Shown here: piece by piece, positions 50,643 to 63,260 of the stretch
Layout of the letters: every line of letters starts with the position of its first letter
Numbering within the stretch: the first letter of the stretch is position 1
Assembly: GCA_003427395.1 (NCBI GenBank)
Contig: BFEA01000001.1
Coordinates: 12,422,114 to 12,486,113 of the forward strand
Length of the DNA: 64,000 bases
From: Chara braunii
Lineage: Eukaryota; Plantae; Charophyceae
Reading direction: 5' to 3'
Position numbers and translations under genes: made by a program
Notes under the pieces: model-generated
The model's input: only the letters and a program-made list of their open reading frames with translations
Told to the model about the DNA's origin: nothing
Databases searched by the model: none

Positions 50643-50702
<60 letters not shown>
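50643..50702. repeat. (CT)n microsatellite (another at 50513-50545)
   Basis: Perfect CT run. Confidence 0.97.
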
Positions 50703-50706
<4 letters not shown>

Positions 50707-52092
50707 GACATCCGTCTGTCTATGGTCTAGGCTGTTGTTATTTATTTCTTCCGTGTTGTTCTCTCTTCTCTCTTCTCTATTGTGTTATTTCTTTCCCTCT
50801 CTCGTCGATCCTACTCTCCCTTACATTTACTGAGCATATGCCCTCACGGCCTGATCCCTGCGATTGAGTCATCCACGCATGTGGTTTCTTTTTGCATGTC
50901 GCCGTCCTCCTGGCTTGCGTTTCGCATATGCCTTTCTCTTGTTTCATTCTCTCGTTCTCTCTTCCGTTCACTCCGACTGACCTGCTCGCCTACCCCACCC
51001 ACCCAACCCACCCACCCACCTGCGAGCGCCATCCCATCCTTCCAAGCATTCCCAGAGTCTCTGTTGATCTCCTCCGCCCATCCATCGTTCATCCATCCGC
51101 TCATCTTCCAGCTGCTTCCGCCGTCTCTCTCTGTGCTTCTTTCCCGGCGCTTGAGCTCTCTCCCTCCCTCCCACGTCACGCTTTTGAGCTCGCAGGCTGC
51201 TCTGCGTTCTTGCCCTCCGGAGGCCGAGGACCTTGTCTACGTACTGTTGGGATTCTGCAAAAAAAAAAAGAAAAAAAAAAAAGAAGAAAGTTACGTTCTC
51301 ATCAGGAGGATAGGAGGATAGGAGGATAGGAGGATAGGAGGATAGAGTGGTCTACGCAGCGCTCGCTCCCGAGCGTTAGTCCCTACGACCGGTCGTCTGG
51401 GAAGTACGGTCTAGCCGTAATCACAGACAGAGGAGGACAGCCTCATCGCACGTACGCCCAACATAGATAATAGATAACACGCTCAAGACAGCCCCCACAC
51501 CCCTCGTCATCGCATAGACAGCATAGCGCGGGCCCAATGTACTGAAAGATGCCCTCTCATCACGCCTTTCTGCTGCCGTTTCCCCCCCTCCACCCCCTCC
51601 TCCACCCTCTTAATCGGCTGCCGTTTAGTACAGCTTCCACTACGATCCTCCACTGTGATCCTCCCTTTTTCTTTTTTTTTTCGTTTTTTTTCTTGAGCCT
51701 TTTTCGATCCTCTCTCGTCAGACACTCAGCGTCCTTGCAGGTTGGATGTGTACTTAGCTGGTGCTCAGAGTCTGACCCCTGCTGCTTAATACGTGTGCTT
51801 ATCGAAGTTATCGGGCAGCCTGAAGCGGACTTTGGAGTGGTTTGGGAGAATTGATCATTGCCCACTTGGTTTAATTGAACGCGCAAGAGTGTAATTGCCA
51901 CATCAGGAGCTCTGTTCCTTGCGTTTCAGGAGTTAAAAACTTTCTTTTTCGAACGTTTTTGGGGCAAAAGGATGCCAATGAATCAATGAATTAATTAATC
52001 GTATGGGAGATAGAAGTGGCAGTGAATTAATTAATCGTATGGGAGATAGAAGTGGCAGAGGAGGGGAGGAGAAGTGAGTTTTTTTTTTTTTT

Positions 52093-52123
<31 letters not shown>

Positions 52124-54165
52124 GGNNNNNNNNNNNNNNNNNNNNNNNNNNNNNNNNNNNNNNNNNNNNNNNNNNNNNNNNNNNNNNNNNNNNNNNNNNN
52201 NNNNNNNNNNNNNNNNNNNNNNNNNNNNNNNNNNNNNNNNNNNNNNNNNNNNNNNNNNNNNNNNNNNNNNNNNNNNNNNNNNNNNNNNNNNNNNNNNNNN
52301 NNNNNNNNNNNNNNNNNNNNNNNNNNNNNNNNNNNNNNNNNNNNNNNNNNNNNNNNNNNNNNNNNNNNNNNNNNNNNNNNNNNNNNNNNNNNNNNNNNNN
52401 NNNNNNNNNNNNNNNNNNNNNNNNNNNNNNNNNNNNNNNNNNNNNNNNNNNNNNNNNNNNNNNNNNNNNNNNNNNNNNNNNNNNNNNNNNNNNNNNNNNN
52501 NNNNNNNNNNNNNNNNNNNNNNNNNNNNNNNNNNNNNNNNNNNNNNNNNNNNNNNNNNNNNNNNNNNNNNNNNNNNNNNNNNNNNNNNNNNNNNNNNNNN
52601 NNNNNNNNNNNNNNNNNNNNNNNNNNNNNNNNNNNNNNNNNNNNNNNNNNNNNNNNNNNNNNNNNNNNNNNNNNNNNNNNNGAACCCTCCCCCTTCCCCT
52701 CCCCCTCCCCCTCCCAAACGGGCTTTTCCTCTTTTGCAAAGACTGGCGCAATGCGTTCCCGGCCATCATCCAGCGGCATTTAGGGGGCGAACTCAAACTA
52801 CCACTCTTCTGCCTGTATCTGTCAGCGACCATAATTGCTGCCGAACTTGTATGCATCTGGGCGCAATTCCGTCCTGAAATAAGTGAATTCAAAGCTCCTA
52901 GTCTGAGTATGTAGTCACATAGGAGTAGCAGTATCTCAAATGTATCGGACCGCAGTATTCACGCCATACCTGGATGAATATGGCCACATTTCCGCCCACA
53001 AATACGTAAAGAAGTAGTCGTGTGAGTAGGCCTCTACTGGTAGTGTGCGTATACCCTGTGTCCATTCATATATAATAGACAAAGCGGTACGAAAAAGGAT
53101 TTTTTTTTTGTTTTTTTTGTTTTGAAGTTGAACAGAAAAAAAAAAAAAAATGGCTTCCTGTGTCCTTCTGCAACTTGAAGGGGCCGTCCGATCTCTCCAT
53201 TGGAGCGGGTTCCCGCTTTAGCAAAAAGGATTGGACTGAACGCCTGAATCTGTCTGGACGGGTTTCTCGCAAAGATGCAGAGAAGCTTGCAACAACTCAG
53301 CTCAAATCATGCACCTGTCGTGGGCTAAGAGTCGTCATTTTGGCCTAAGGCCGAGATAGGGGTCAAACGGCCACACCCCAGTGACTGTCATGAACACAAC
53401 CTGAACTGAACCAAGGCCTCCTCTTGGGGGGTACCCGAAGCAAGGCCTAAAACCCAAACCGGCCTTCAGAGGCCCAACGTGCGACAGTTGACCGTAGAAA
53501 GTCAAAGGTCAACAGAAGCTCCTGAAACTCAGGCTCACGAGTCAAAGTCAACATGGACCCAGTCCAGGCCGCCGATCAAACACACACACACACTTGATCC
53601 TTGGCTGTTTGCAGGTATGTTTGCAGGTATCTGTCAAGGATCAAGTCCAAGGGGGAATCTGTAACTGTAAAGAAAGATCCAGGCCATTGGCTGCAAGACA
53701 ATCCGGGCCATTGTTTTTTCCGTTCCGGCATATGGATACACCGGCCGGGTTAACTCATCACTCGCGGAATAATGTATAGTTGCCGTCTTTGGGTTTAACC
53801 ATTGTACCTGAGAAAGCAGAGGCTGATCAACTGGAGTCAACAGTACATATGATGGACTCAGCCCCTGCTGACGGACATTTCAGTCTTGCACTTGCTGCTT
53901 GACGCCGGCTTGACGCTGGCTCTACACTGACTGGACGCTGGCTGCTTGACATTGACGACGGCGCGAGACTGCTGAAGATTTGGGCTGGCGCCTTCTCTGT
54001 CAGACTCTGTGGCAGCAGCTGGATACTTGTCAGCAAGCCGAAGATTTGGGCTGGCGCTTTCTCTGTCAGACTCTGTGGCAGCAGCTGGATACTTGACTTT
54101 GCTGACGTGGCTCTTGCCACACTGTCTACGAGATTGATGAGACACCGGCGAGGAGGAGGAGGATC

Positions 54166-54321
54166 TTTTTTTTTTTTTTTTAATAAAGAACAGTTACTGA
54201 GACTGTTAGTGATGTGGCTATAAACATCCACCACTAACAGCCCAGCTACTAGCTCAAGTCTATTGGTGGGGAGCTGCACCTGCTGGAAAACGGGTCCAGC
54301 GTCCCTCATACAAATAATGCT
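54166..54321 (-). mobile_element. 156-bp retroposed insertion (LINE 3' tail or SINE) with 16-bp TSD
   Basis: Poly(A) tail, conserved GGGACGCTGG motif, TSD GAGGAGGAGGAGGATC at 54150-54165 and 54322-54337. Confidence 0.9.
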
Positions 54322-54832
54322 GAGGAGGAGGAGGATCAGGGCTTTGAGATTGGGGAAAGCTTACCTGTCTGCGTTCGTGATCGATATTGCGCATTGCTGA
54401 TTCGTCTTCAGACTGAGGTTGTCTGCTCGTTGCAGGCGCCACGTCAGGAGCTATGTTCATTGTCAGAGGGTGTCAGAGGAGACTGTCAGCTGACGTGGAA
54501 GTTGGAGATGCCTGAAGGAGGAGTGGGCTTGTGAGGGAGATCTATCTGCTACACTGATGGACACTTTCTCTTCCACCCTCTAAGTCTTATCTCCCTCCTA
54601 TCAGCCTCTTCTCCGGTGACATGACATTGGGCTACTTGATCACTTGTACAATTTTTGGAGACATTGTATCTGCGCTGAGACGTACTGCTTCTCGACAATG
54701 ACGAGCTTTCTATCTGACTGGGTTCGTTGCAAGCTGATCAATAGCCATTTTTTATGCACCTCTCCAACGATCGCATCCAGATTCCGAGGTAAAATCCAAT
54801 CCTCCCTGCTAGTGGGACCTCACGGGCCGTCT

Positions 54833-54864
<32 letters not shown>

Positions 54865-56510
54865 AAATGATCTCAAGCCCTTTCTAGTCTGGTGGGTGTC
54901 AGTCCGGTTGCTTATCACCGGCAAGCATGAGTACACACAGAAAATCGAAAGTTTCTTTTTTCTTTTTTTTTTTACATCGTTCATGCTTTGGGAAGGCTGT
55001 GTGAACGTACTCGTCTTCCCATCATTCCTCGTCGTCCTTTTCCTCGTTGTCCTTCTCATCGTTGTCATCATCGTGTTCGTCGTCTACATCTCACTTCTCC
55101 TGGAGATTGAACTTGTAAGAAACAAGGGAAATGGTATGAAAGGTTTGCTGTCGTTTACAACGACAGGAAACCCTCGGCGTGGTTTTTCGAAATGTAATAT
55201 GATGTCTTTTGGGGAAATCAGCGTGGTTTGGATCTGTGACGTCCTCAGCTGTTTTCAGCAGCCCGTACTGGTGTTATGAAACATCAAACCATTCTTTCGC
55301 AGTATAGGATGGGCTGGGTTGATATTCCTCTGTTAGTCTTGCCTGAGTCTGGTGTAGGTGATGAGATCCAACGTTGGGGTAGTTGCGAAGTATATATGCT
55401 ACCATCTTCACCCGGATTCAATAGACGTGCATTTGTGCTGTATGTAAACTCAAAGATACCCAGAATACGGTGATAGTGACCTCGCATGAAGATGGTAGAT
55501 TTATTGCTCGAAACTGCCTTTTCTGCATCACGTTCAGTCTCGTGTAAGATTAGCCCTGAAAGACACTCATTTGTCTGAATTTCTGGTAACAGAATTAGAA
55601 TCCATACTTTAGGTGTTTGGTTCTGTTTCCTGTGAATCTCATCGTCGTGTTCCTCGTGTACCTTGTCGAGATTGAATTCACAAGAAACAAACGAACTGGT
55701 ATCTGGCGCGCACGCGCGTGAGAGCGAGCGAGCGAGAGAGAGAGAGAGNTTTTTTTTTTTTTTTTTTTTTTTTTTTTTCCCTTCTTAATTTTAAACAGAA
55801 CCTTAGTGTTCCGGCTCCTTTTCCATTCTTGGGAGCATCAGTCTGGGCCCCGGGGGCACGGTTCCACTAGCACACGGCGAGTAGTGTAAATTTGTAAAAT
55901 GTCCGCACAAACCACCTGTGAGACAACAACTGCAGGAAATCGCCCGACCACTGTTGTCGGAAAATCGGATGGCAGCAAAACCATGATGGATTTATAATTC
56001 AAAGTTGTGTTTTTATTTTGTTTTCGGTATTTTCTGTTTGCAAAGAATGAGAGGTGGAGAAAAGAAATAGAAAGGACTCATTTCGATTGGCAACACCTCA
56101 ATAGAGAAAAGAAAACTCAAGTACTCGAAGGGGTTGGTATTGACCTCCTTTCTTTTTCCCGTGCAGTGCAACCCCATCGAGTAGTACTTCATTTTTGGCG
56201 CAGAATATACAAGAATGTGCGCGCTTCCTTCAGTATGGCAAACCGTCACTTTAGTCATCCCATCCGGCACACAAAGGGTCTTGGTCACAGCAATCGTCCG
56301 GTAGAGCTTCTATCCCAACAGCGCAATGAAGCAAATTCAAGCAATGAATCGACTCTGACTTCATTGGGCTTTGGCGGGTGGCATGAACGTGGACGTTTTT
56401 GGGGGGAGGGCGCGAAGGTGGGGAGGGCATGATGGGTGAGGGTGCATGAATCAAACATCACCAGTTTTTTTTCTTTTTTTTTCATTTTAACTACTTTTCT
56501 TCGTTTTCAG

Positions 56511-56583
56511 GTGGTGTCGCAGCCGTCGTAATAGGCCATCACTCGTGTGCTCGTGGAGCAGTGCCCCGGTTCGTATTCCACCG
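56511..56583 (+). other. Candidate spliced exon (73 bp) of an unidentified transcript
   Basis: Long polypyrimidine tract with TTTTCAG acceptor and CG|GTGAGT donor. No partner exons established. Confidence 0.35.
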
Positions 56584-56730
56584 GTGAGTCAGAGCACTCC
56601 CCCAATCCGATTTCCTGTTCGCTAAGGGTTTAGGCAGGGGGTGGCTTTCTGAACTTGAGCATCTGGGCCTTTTCACCTTTTCACTTACCTTTTTTTTTCT
56701 TTTTTTTTTTGAAAAGCCTTAGGCGTCTTG

Positions 56731-59700
56731 AGGGGAGTCCTCACACTTCTCTATAAAAAAAGGGGATAAAATGAATATCCGAAATTACAGGCCCATCACC
56801 CTCCTCACAGTGACATACAAAATGCTGGCGAAAGCGCTAGCCAACCGGATGATCCCGGTGATGGAGGAAATCATTCACCCGGCGCAGTCAGGCTTCATGC
56901 AAAATAGGAACATTCAAGAGAATATATTACTTGTCCACAAAGTCCTCCAACTGGCCAGACGCTCACGTCAAAATGCAGCATTGGTGTTCATAGATTTTGA
57001 GAAGGCCTACGATCACGTAGACTGGGTATTTCTTGACAGCTGCTTACATAAGATGAATTTTGGACCTGTATTCCGGCGGTGGATTCACATCCTCCATCAC
57101 AACGCTACCGCCTGTATACAACTAAATGGCTCTCTAGCACCTCCACTACGACTGGAAAGGTCGGTGCGTCAAGGGGATCCTATAGCGCCCTTCCCATTCC
57201 TGATCATCATGGAGGCATTGTCGGCAAACCTCCGTGCAAATAAGGACATTACGAAAATCAAGATAACCAATATCCCGGAAGACGCCATCCCGGTATGTTC
57301 CTTATTTGCAGATGACCTCACAGTTTTGGTGGAGGCTACTACGGGCAACATGGAAGAGATCTATAGAATGATGGAGAAGTCTTCTCAGGTCTCTGATATG
57401 ACAATTAACTGGGGAAATAAGACACAAGGATGGTGGATTCACTACCAGGGAGGCCGACCCCCAGAGACCCCCAGTATCTCTTGGTTACCTTTGGAAGCTC
57501 CGCTTAGAATACTGGGAGTATCAATGACAGCAATGGGCTGCCCTCAAACAAATGACCAATTGATCAGCTCCCCTGCCCTAACCAAGCTATCCAATTGGAA
57601 AAACAAACACACATCTATATTCAGTCGAGCACTAGTGATCAACAACGTGATTTTCGCCTCACTATGGTACAAGTCGTTAGTATGGTCACTGAGCAAGGAA
57701 GCGTTACGTACATTAAAAGCTAAAGTGGCGGCCTTCTTATGGCGAGGGGACGGAGAATTTACAAATGTCACAAGCCGGGTAGAGTGGGATTCAATCATAC
57801 AACCCAAAGTTGCAGGAGGATTGGGGATAATAGACCCCACAACACAAACCACGGCACTCTGTCTCCAATGGATCAAAAAGCTAATCTTTATGACGGACAG
57901 TCCCTGGACACCTTTGGCTTTAGAGCATTTGGCTCGCATAGCCCCTTTGGCCCCTTCCACGGTACACCCCCTCACTTGGGTAGAGGACTGTTACTGGACT
58001 ATCCCACACAAATGGCCGAAGAGGAATGGGGAACCTAGCGAACAAATGGATCGTTTTTGGCCGTCCCTGTTAAGGAGCTGGAGGAAACTCCCCCTCCCAG
58101 ACAGACAACCCCTGGAGCGGTGGGAGGAAGTGCTCCGCCAACCCCTTTTCAGGAACCGATGGCTCACAAACAGACAAGGGCAGCTCATGTGTAGTTCGAA
58201 GATCCCATGGAAAGGTTGGGTGAAAAACGGAATTGTACGAATAAAGGATATCTGGGATAGTGGCCGCGGTAACTGGAAAACAGCTAATGAACTGCGCAAG
58301 ACCTTGAAATACTGTCATAGTATTGACCGAAACCTCGACACCATCATTGAAGTGGTCCCTCTGTCATGGTATAGAATACTGAGGAAGGGCCCCTCTTTAC
58401 AAGAAGGAGACTGGATAGCAGTCAGCGGGATCACCGATCAAATAGGGATGATACATATGATCCGGACGCAAGACGTCCTGGTGGAAATGTATGAAATCAA
58501 CAGATTGGGAGCTATGAGCGGTGGACGAGATCTCTTCATTTGGCAAGAAAAAACTGACATCTTTCGCATCCGGGTCCCTGGTGAGGGGGAGGATGCCCGG
58601 GTCTTTCAACCAAACACTAAGATACAAGACCTCCCCCTCGACCCCTCAGAATGGAGGTGGAAACCGGCAGCGAGAAGAGCAAATTCTACCACAACGATTA
58701 GCCTTCAGAAGTTGACTATGAAATCCACATACAAAATGCTTAGGCCCAAGCGCCACCTTAAAGACCGAATAATAGACCGGTGGGCACAGCATCTCAATGT
58801 GGAACGCTCTCTTCTGACACCAATATCGTGGTTCCAGAACCGAAAAGAAAGACCAGCGAAATTCACCTCCCTTCAGTGGTAGATAGCACATCGGTGTCTG
58901 CCGACCATGGATTGGTTGATTGATCATACAAACCTGGAACAAAAAGGTCAGGCCCTTCCTTGGTGTCCACGCTGTCTACGGCCCTTCCCTCCACGGAAAA
59001 CTGCAGAAACTATAGAACACATCTTTATGCAATGAAGGACAGCGCAACTAACATGGCGATGGTGGGATAGAATATGGAGAAAAATAAATCCGGATTCCCC
59101 ATGGCCCTGGACATGGCGGGCAATACTGTTGGGCTACTGCCCTCAAATCCAGGAATATTCCACGTTCACATAAAATATGTTTCACTTAGGACGCAAAGCA
59201 GTGCTCTGGGGGCTCTGTTGGCAACATTGCCTCTTAGCAAGGGAAGGAGTACAGGTGGAAGGACCGGAGACCACAAATCAAATCCAACAGCAAATTCAGA
59301 TGGAAATTATGAGAAGATGGCAAACAGTGAAACGTCATCTGGACCTTTTCCAAACAAAGCACTGCAAGATATCAGGAAGACAATCTCTTCTTTCGGAAGA
59401 GATTGGCTGGGGGGGGGGAAAGGTGGATGGATGGCGAAAGTAGAATGAAGTGGTAATAATGAAGACCAGCAACAGCAGCAGGAGTTGGTAGAAGACAGAG
59501 ACTACCGCCTCATTTTCAACGACAGGCTGAACATTGACCCCTCCCTTCCCCTCCGCCCCCCAACAGACTTCCCAGACCCTTTTCCACCACACCCACTGTC
59601 CCTGATAGAATCATCTCTCTGAAAAAGGAGTAAGTATGGGTAGGTGAGGCCTTCTGGCGAAGATGTTTGGCGAAGAGTCTCCCCTAGTATCCTGCTCAGT

Positions 59701-60306
59701 TAATCCCCTGGTTCTCAGGGCAATCAATGCTAGCAGGTTTTCTCATTACTGGTATTGAATGTATTATTGTATATCGCTCTGTTGTGTGCAGTTGGTAGTT
59801 TGCCTCAACCTTTTTCAGTCCACAAACAAAAAAGGGGGAGTGATGAAAGGGGTCCCCACTGGTGCCCCCCAGTGGCCTCCTCTCGAATCACCCGGTTCCG
59901 CATATCTCAATCTCAGTCTGAGGGTAGAAGCCCCTCCGCTATCCAATTTCTCAGGGGGAAGGAACCAGAGCGTAGTTGTATACTTGGCACCTGTTTTTAA
60001 GGTGAAGAGGTCCGTTCACCCCCCCTCTCTCATACTACTCTGGCCAACCTGTGCTTCACACGTACCTGCTCAGTAAATCCCCTGATGACAGGGCAATCAA
60101 TGCTGGCAGGCTCCACAATCACTCATCGATCACTGTTCTCAGACACTTCTCATTCTCTGTAAACGGGACGCTGGACCCGTTTTCCAGCAGGTGATGCTCC
60201 CCACCAATAGATGGAGCCTCTCCCTAGGTGTTAGTGGTGTCTGCTCTTATCAGCAGCACTAACGCTGATGGGGGCGTGTTTTGACAAAAAAAAAAAAAAA
60301 AAAAAA
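56731..60306 (+). mobile_element. 5'-truncated L1/Tx1-clade LINE with poly(A) and 10-bp TSD
   Basis: TSD AGGCGTCTTG (56721-56730, 60307-60316), poly(A) at ~60286-60306, ORF2 RT, structured 3' UTR. Confidence 0.93.
56771..58882 (+). pseudogene. LINE ORF2 reverse transcriptase fragment (endonuclease lost; decayed zinc-finger region continues to ~59530)
   Basis: NYRPITLL, QSGF, IDFEKAYDHVDW, VRQGDP, LFADD, GGLGI. Downstream CPRC..ETIEHIF. Confidence 0.95.
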
Positions 60307-60344
60307 AGGCGTCTTGGACTCTTTTCGCTTGTCTTTTCTTTCCT

Positions 60345-60915
60345 GTTGCTTCTGGCTACATCGTCCATATCATCTGAATATAGTATAGTGGTTAAGTGGC
60401 CGCCGAGCACCGGTACCCTTGGGCTGTACCCGTACTGCCCGTTGTACTTGGCCCTTCGAGTCCACCAGACATCTCTGATGGGAGTGCCCAGCCTCGAAGA
60501 GAATATGGAGATGGTGGGCTTGCCACTGGTCGCAGATGGGGGGCCAAGAGGTAGAGTGGGATGACAGATGGGTGCTGCCGGGTTTTGTTAAAGAAGACGA
60601 GACGGGGAAGAGAGGCTGGCCATATGTGGCTCATGTGGCCAGAGCAGCTATCTGCTCAGTCATCTGGCCTGACAGAAACGGGTCCAGATTTAAAGGTAAG
60701 CCCTACTCAGATGTGGAGATAAAGTCAACGGTCAAGCGGCGCTGAGTTAGGCAATTTGGGCAGCCTGCCAGTGGCGGAGAGGGGCTAAAAGTGTGGAAAA
60801 GCGCCAACTTGAAGGCGAGTTCCTTGGTGGTTCCTCAAAACTCGAGCGATCCGCAACGGACTGGCAGCAGTGCACAGGACAAGAGGGCTGGTGATTACAA
60901 AATTGTTACTAGATT
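60345..60915 (+). pseudogene. Decayed C-terminus of another L1-type ORF2
   Basis: ESTRHL*WECPASKRIWRWW...IWPDRN is typical of the L1 ORF2 C-terminal zinc-finger region. Confidence 0.65.
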
Positions 60916-60919
60916 AGGA

Positions 60920-62697
60920 TGTGACGCCCAACCTCACGCCCGGCGCAACTTCCTGATCGGAGTGGGATGGGGGCCTGGAAGTGCGAAGAGGGGTGTGCCA
61001 AGGATTTTTGGAAAAGTGGGGGTTAAAGTCCCAGGTCGGAACTGGAATCTTCTGTGGCCGAGTTCAGGGGCAGAGATGCAATAGAGCACTGGGAAAATTT
61101 CACGGGCGCGGGCTTGCACGCTGGTTGTGCGGGGCCGTCCGATCTTGACGTGATCGCCAGTTCTGGGGAGCCTGTCGAGGCGGTCCTTGGGGCCCACGCC
61201 TTCGGGGTCCGCCACGTGGCGTGGGTTGGTGGGAACTATGCCTAGATGCCGAGGCTTCGGGGGTTCGGGTATGGGCACGTCGGCTGCAGCTTCTGCGCGG
61301 GGTGGAGGGCCAATAAGGCGATATGGAATTCCACGGTACTACTGTAAGCTGATGATAGGGGAGGAGGAGGTGGTATGGCGGGAAATTAGTGGTGATAAGG
61401 ACGAAGCCGGGGGTTATGAAATATTGCGTGTTGTACGTGTTTGGGTACTCGGGTATCCGTGGGTCGCTTCGCACGGCAAGATGGAATTCCCTAGCGCAGA
61501 ATCTATCGTTTCCCGTGAGGCAGGGGAACACCGGGTTTCTCAAATTTCCCCGTAATCGGAGTTGCTCTTCTTCCCAGATTTCCCGGTACCCGAAATACGA
61601 CTCGTAATCCTCGGAATTCCAAGATACGTCGGAACTCCGCGAGCTCGTCATTCTTTCATCACTCACACCTTGGGGGATAAGTTAATCAGGGAGATCACCG
61701 CTCGTAAGTGCGTAAGAGAGATGCGAACAAGTCGCACTTACGCGCGATAGGTAACCCGATCCCGGTTGACGTCGACTCCTACTTCAGTGATGGGCTGACT
61801 ACGGGTGTTAGCCAGGACGCGATTGGCGAGTCCGAGTGGTATGGACACATGTAAGCCGCGCTCCATTCGGATCGCACTTGCAGGTGCCCATATGGCACGT
61901 CGGATGGTGCGCTCCAGACTACCCGTAAGATTCGACAAGCCAACACACTCTACTTATCACGCCAACATGCAATCCCCATTCTCATTCATTATGCACGAGG
62001 GTTCGAAGGGAAACGATCAAAAACGAAAATGCGAAGGTGCGCGAACCATCCACATCGATACAAAAAAAAAGAATCAAATCGAACAACAGGACGAGTATAT
62101 GGCCGCAAAAACAAGGGCGAGTTACCCGTAATCGACACCAAAATTTATATACATAGATAAAAAAGGACCGAAAAGAAAAGCGCAAATCCATGTCCATTTT
62201 CGACTTCAACTCTCTCTCCTCTCTCTCTCTCNCCGATGCCGACAGTCCGTCGTCACGCATCAAAACATGAAGCCGTCACCCCGCTTAGTCCTCCTGCGCC
62301 CGTCAGGTTCGCTCCGCGCCCACAGTCCGTCGTGGCCCGCGTCAACCCCGCGCACTCGGCACCAGCTCGTCGGGTCGCCCGACTCCCACTTCACTCACCT
62401 CTTACTTCGCTCGTGTGCCGACCCTCTCGATCGCGTAACCCCGAGCTTCCAGCAACTGTTAAGAGAGAAGGTTAATCGCGCAACCGGAATTTATAGCGTG
62501 CATGCATGCGCGAAGAACATGGAATTACAAGGACGTAGATAGATGCGGGAAAGGGAGTGCTTACGTTTGCACGGTCGGGCCGCGGCGTGGGGGACGTACC
62601 CAACTCCACGCATCGATCCGAACATGCAAACGCGGCTACCCAGCAAGGGAGGGGAGAGAGGAAGAAACGAGGCGGGAAGAATAAGAAGCAAGAAACA
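60920..62697 (-). mobile_element. LTR of a diverged relative of element 2 (other end in the gap)
   Basis: Minus-strand end GGGCGTGAGGTTGGGCGTCACA versus GGGCGTGAGGTTGCGCATCACA in element 2; CACGCTATAAA TATA box near 62490; homologous ORF in the same position. Confidence 0.8.
61100..61666 (-). CDS. LTR-encoded hypothetical protein (188 aa), homologous to 34617-35231
   Basis: PVFP..FC..AVR..GFVLI..LLLPY..LTVVPW core; intact ATG-to-stop ORF. Confidence 0.7.
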   Translation of the reverse strand: MSDERMTSSRSSDVSWNSEDYESYFGYREIWEEEQLRLRGNLRNPVFPCLTGNDRFCAREFHLAVRSDPRIPEYPNTYNTQYFITPGFVLITTNFPPYHLLLPYHQLTVVPWNSISPYWPSTPRRSCSRRAHTRTPEASASRHSSHQPTPRGGPRRRGPQGPPRQAPQNWRSRQDRTAPHNQRASPRP

Positions 62698-63099
62698 NNN
62701 NNNNNNNNNNNNNNNNNNNNNNNNNNNNNNNNNNNNNNNNNNNNNNNNNNNNNNNNNNNNNNNNNNNNNNNNNNNNNNNNNNNNNNNNNNNNNNNNNNNN
62801 NNNNNNNNNNNNNNNNNNNNNNNNNNNNNNNNNNNNNNNNNNNNNNNNNNNNNNNNNNNNNNNNNNNNNNNNNNNNNNNNNNNNNNNNNNNNNNNNNNNN
62901 NNNNNNNNNNNNNNNNNNNNNNNNNNNNNNNNNNNNNNNNNNNNNNNNNNNNNNNNNNNNNNNNNNNNNNNNNNNNNNNNNNNNNNNNNNNNNNNNNNNN
63001 NNNNNNNNNNNNNNNNNNNNNNNNNNCAAGTTCAACTCAGATGGCTGCTTATGTTTCCTTATCGGTCAACCACCTCACCCTTCCACCCCTAAAAATTTC

Positions 63100-63102
<3 letters not shown>

Positions 63103-63148
<46 letters not shown>

Positions 63149-63260
63149 CGTGTTTGGGGCGAAGTTCAGACAAGACAAGCACGGACATGCACACACTCCC
63201 GTACACACCTACCGACACACGCACACACCCACTTACACACCTACCGACATGCACACACAC
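63103..63260 (-). repeat. Dispersed repeat with (GA)n tract, copy of 16170-16339
   Basis: Reverse-complement match. Confidence 0.85.

Noticed and set aside
60165-60230. HDV-like ribozyme reading of the LINE tail motif
   Set aside because: The required P1 and P1.1 pairings and J4/2 are not conserved among copies, and the motif is at the 3' end rather than the 5' end.
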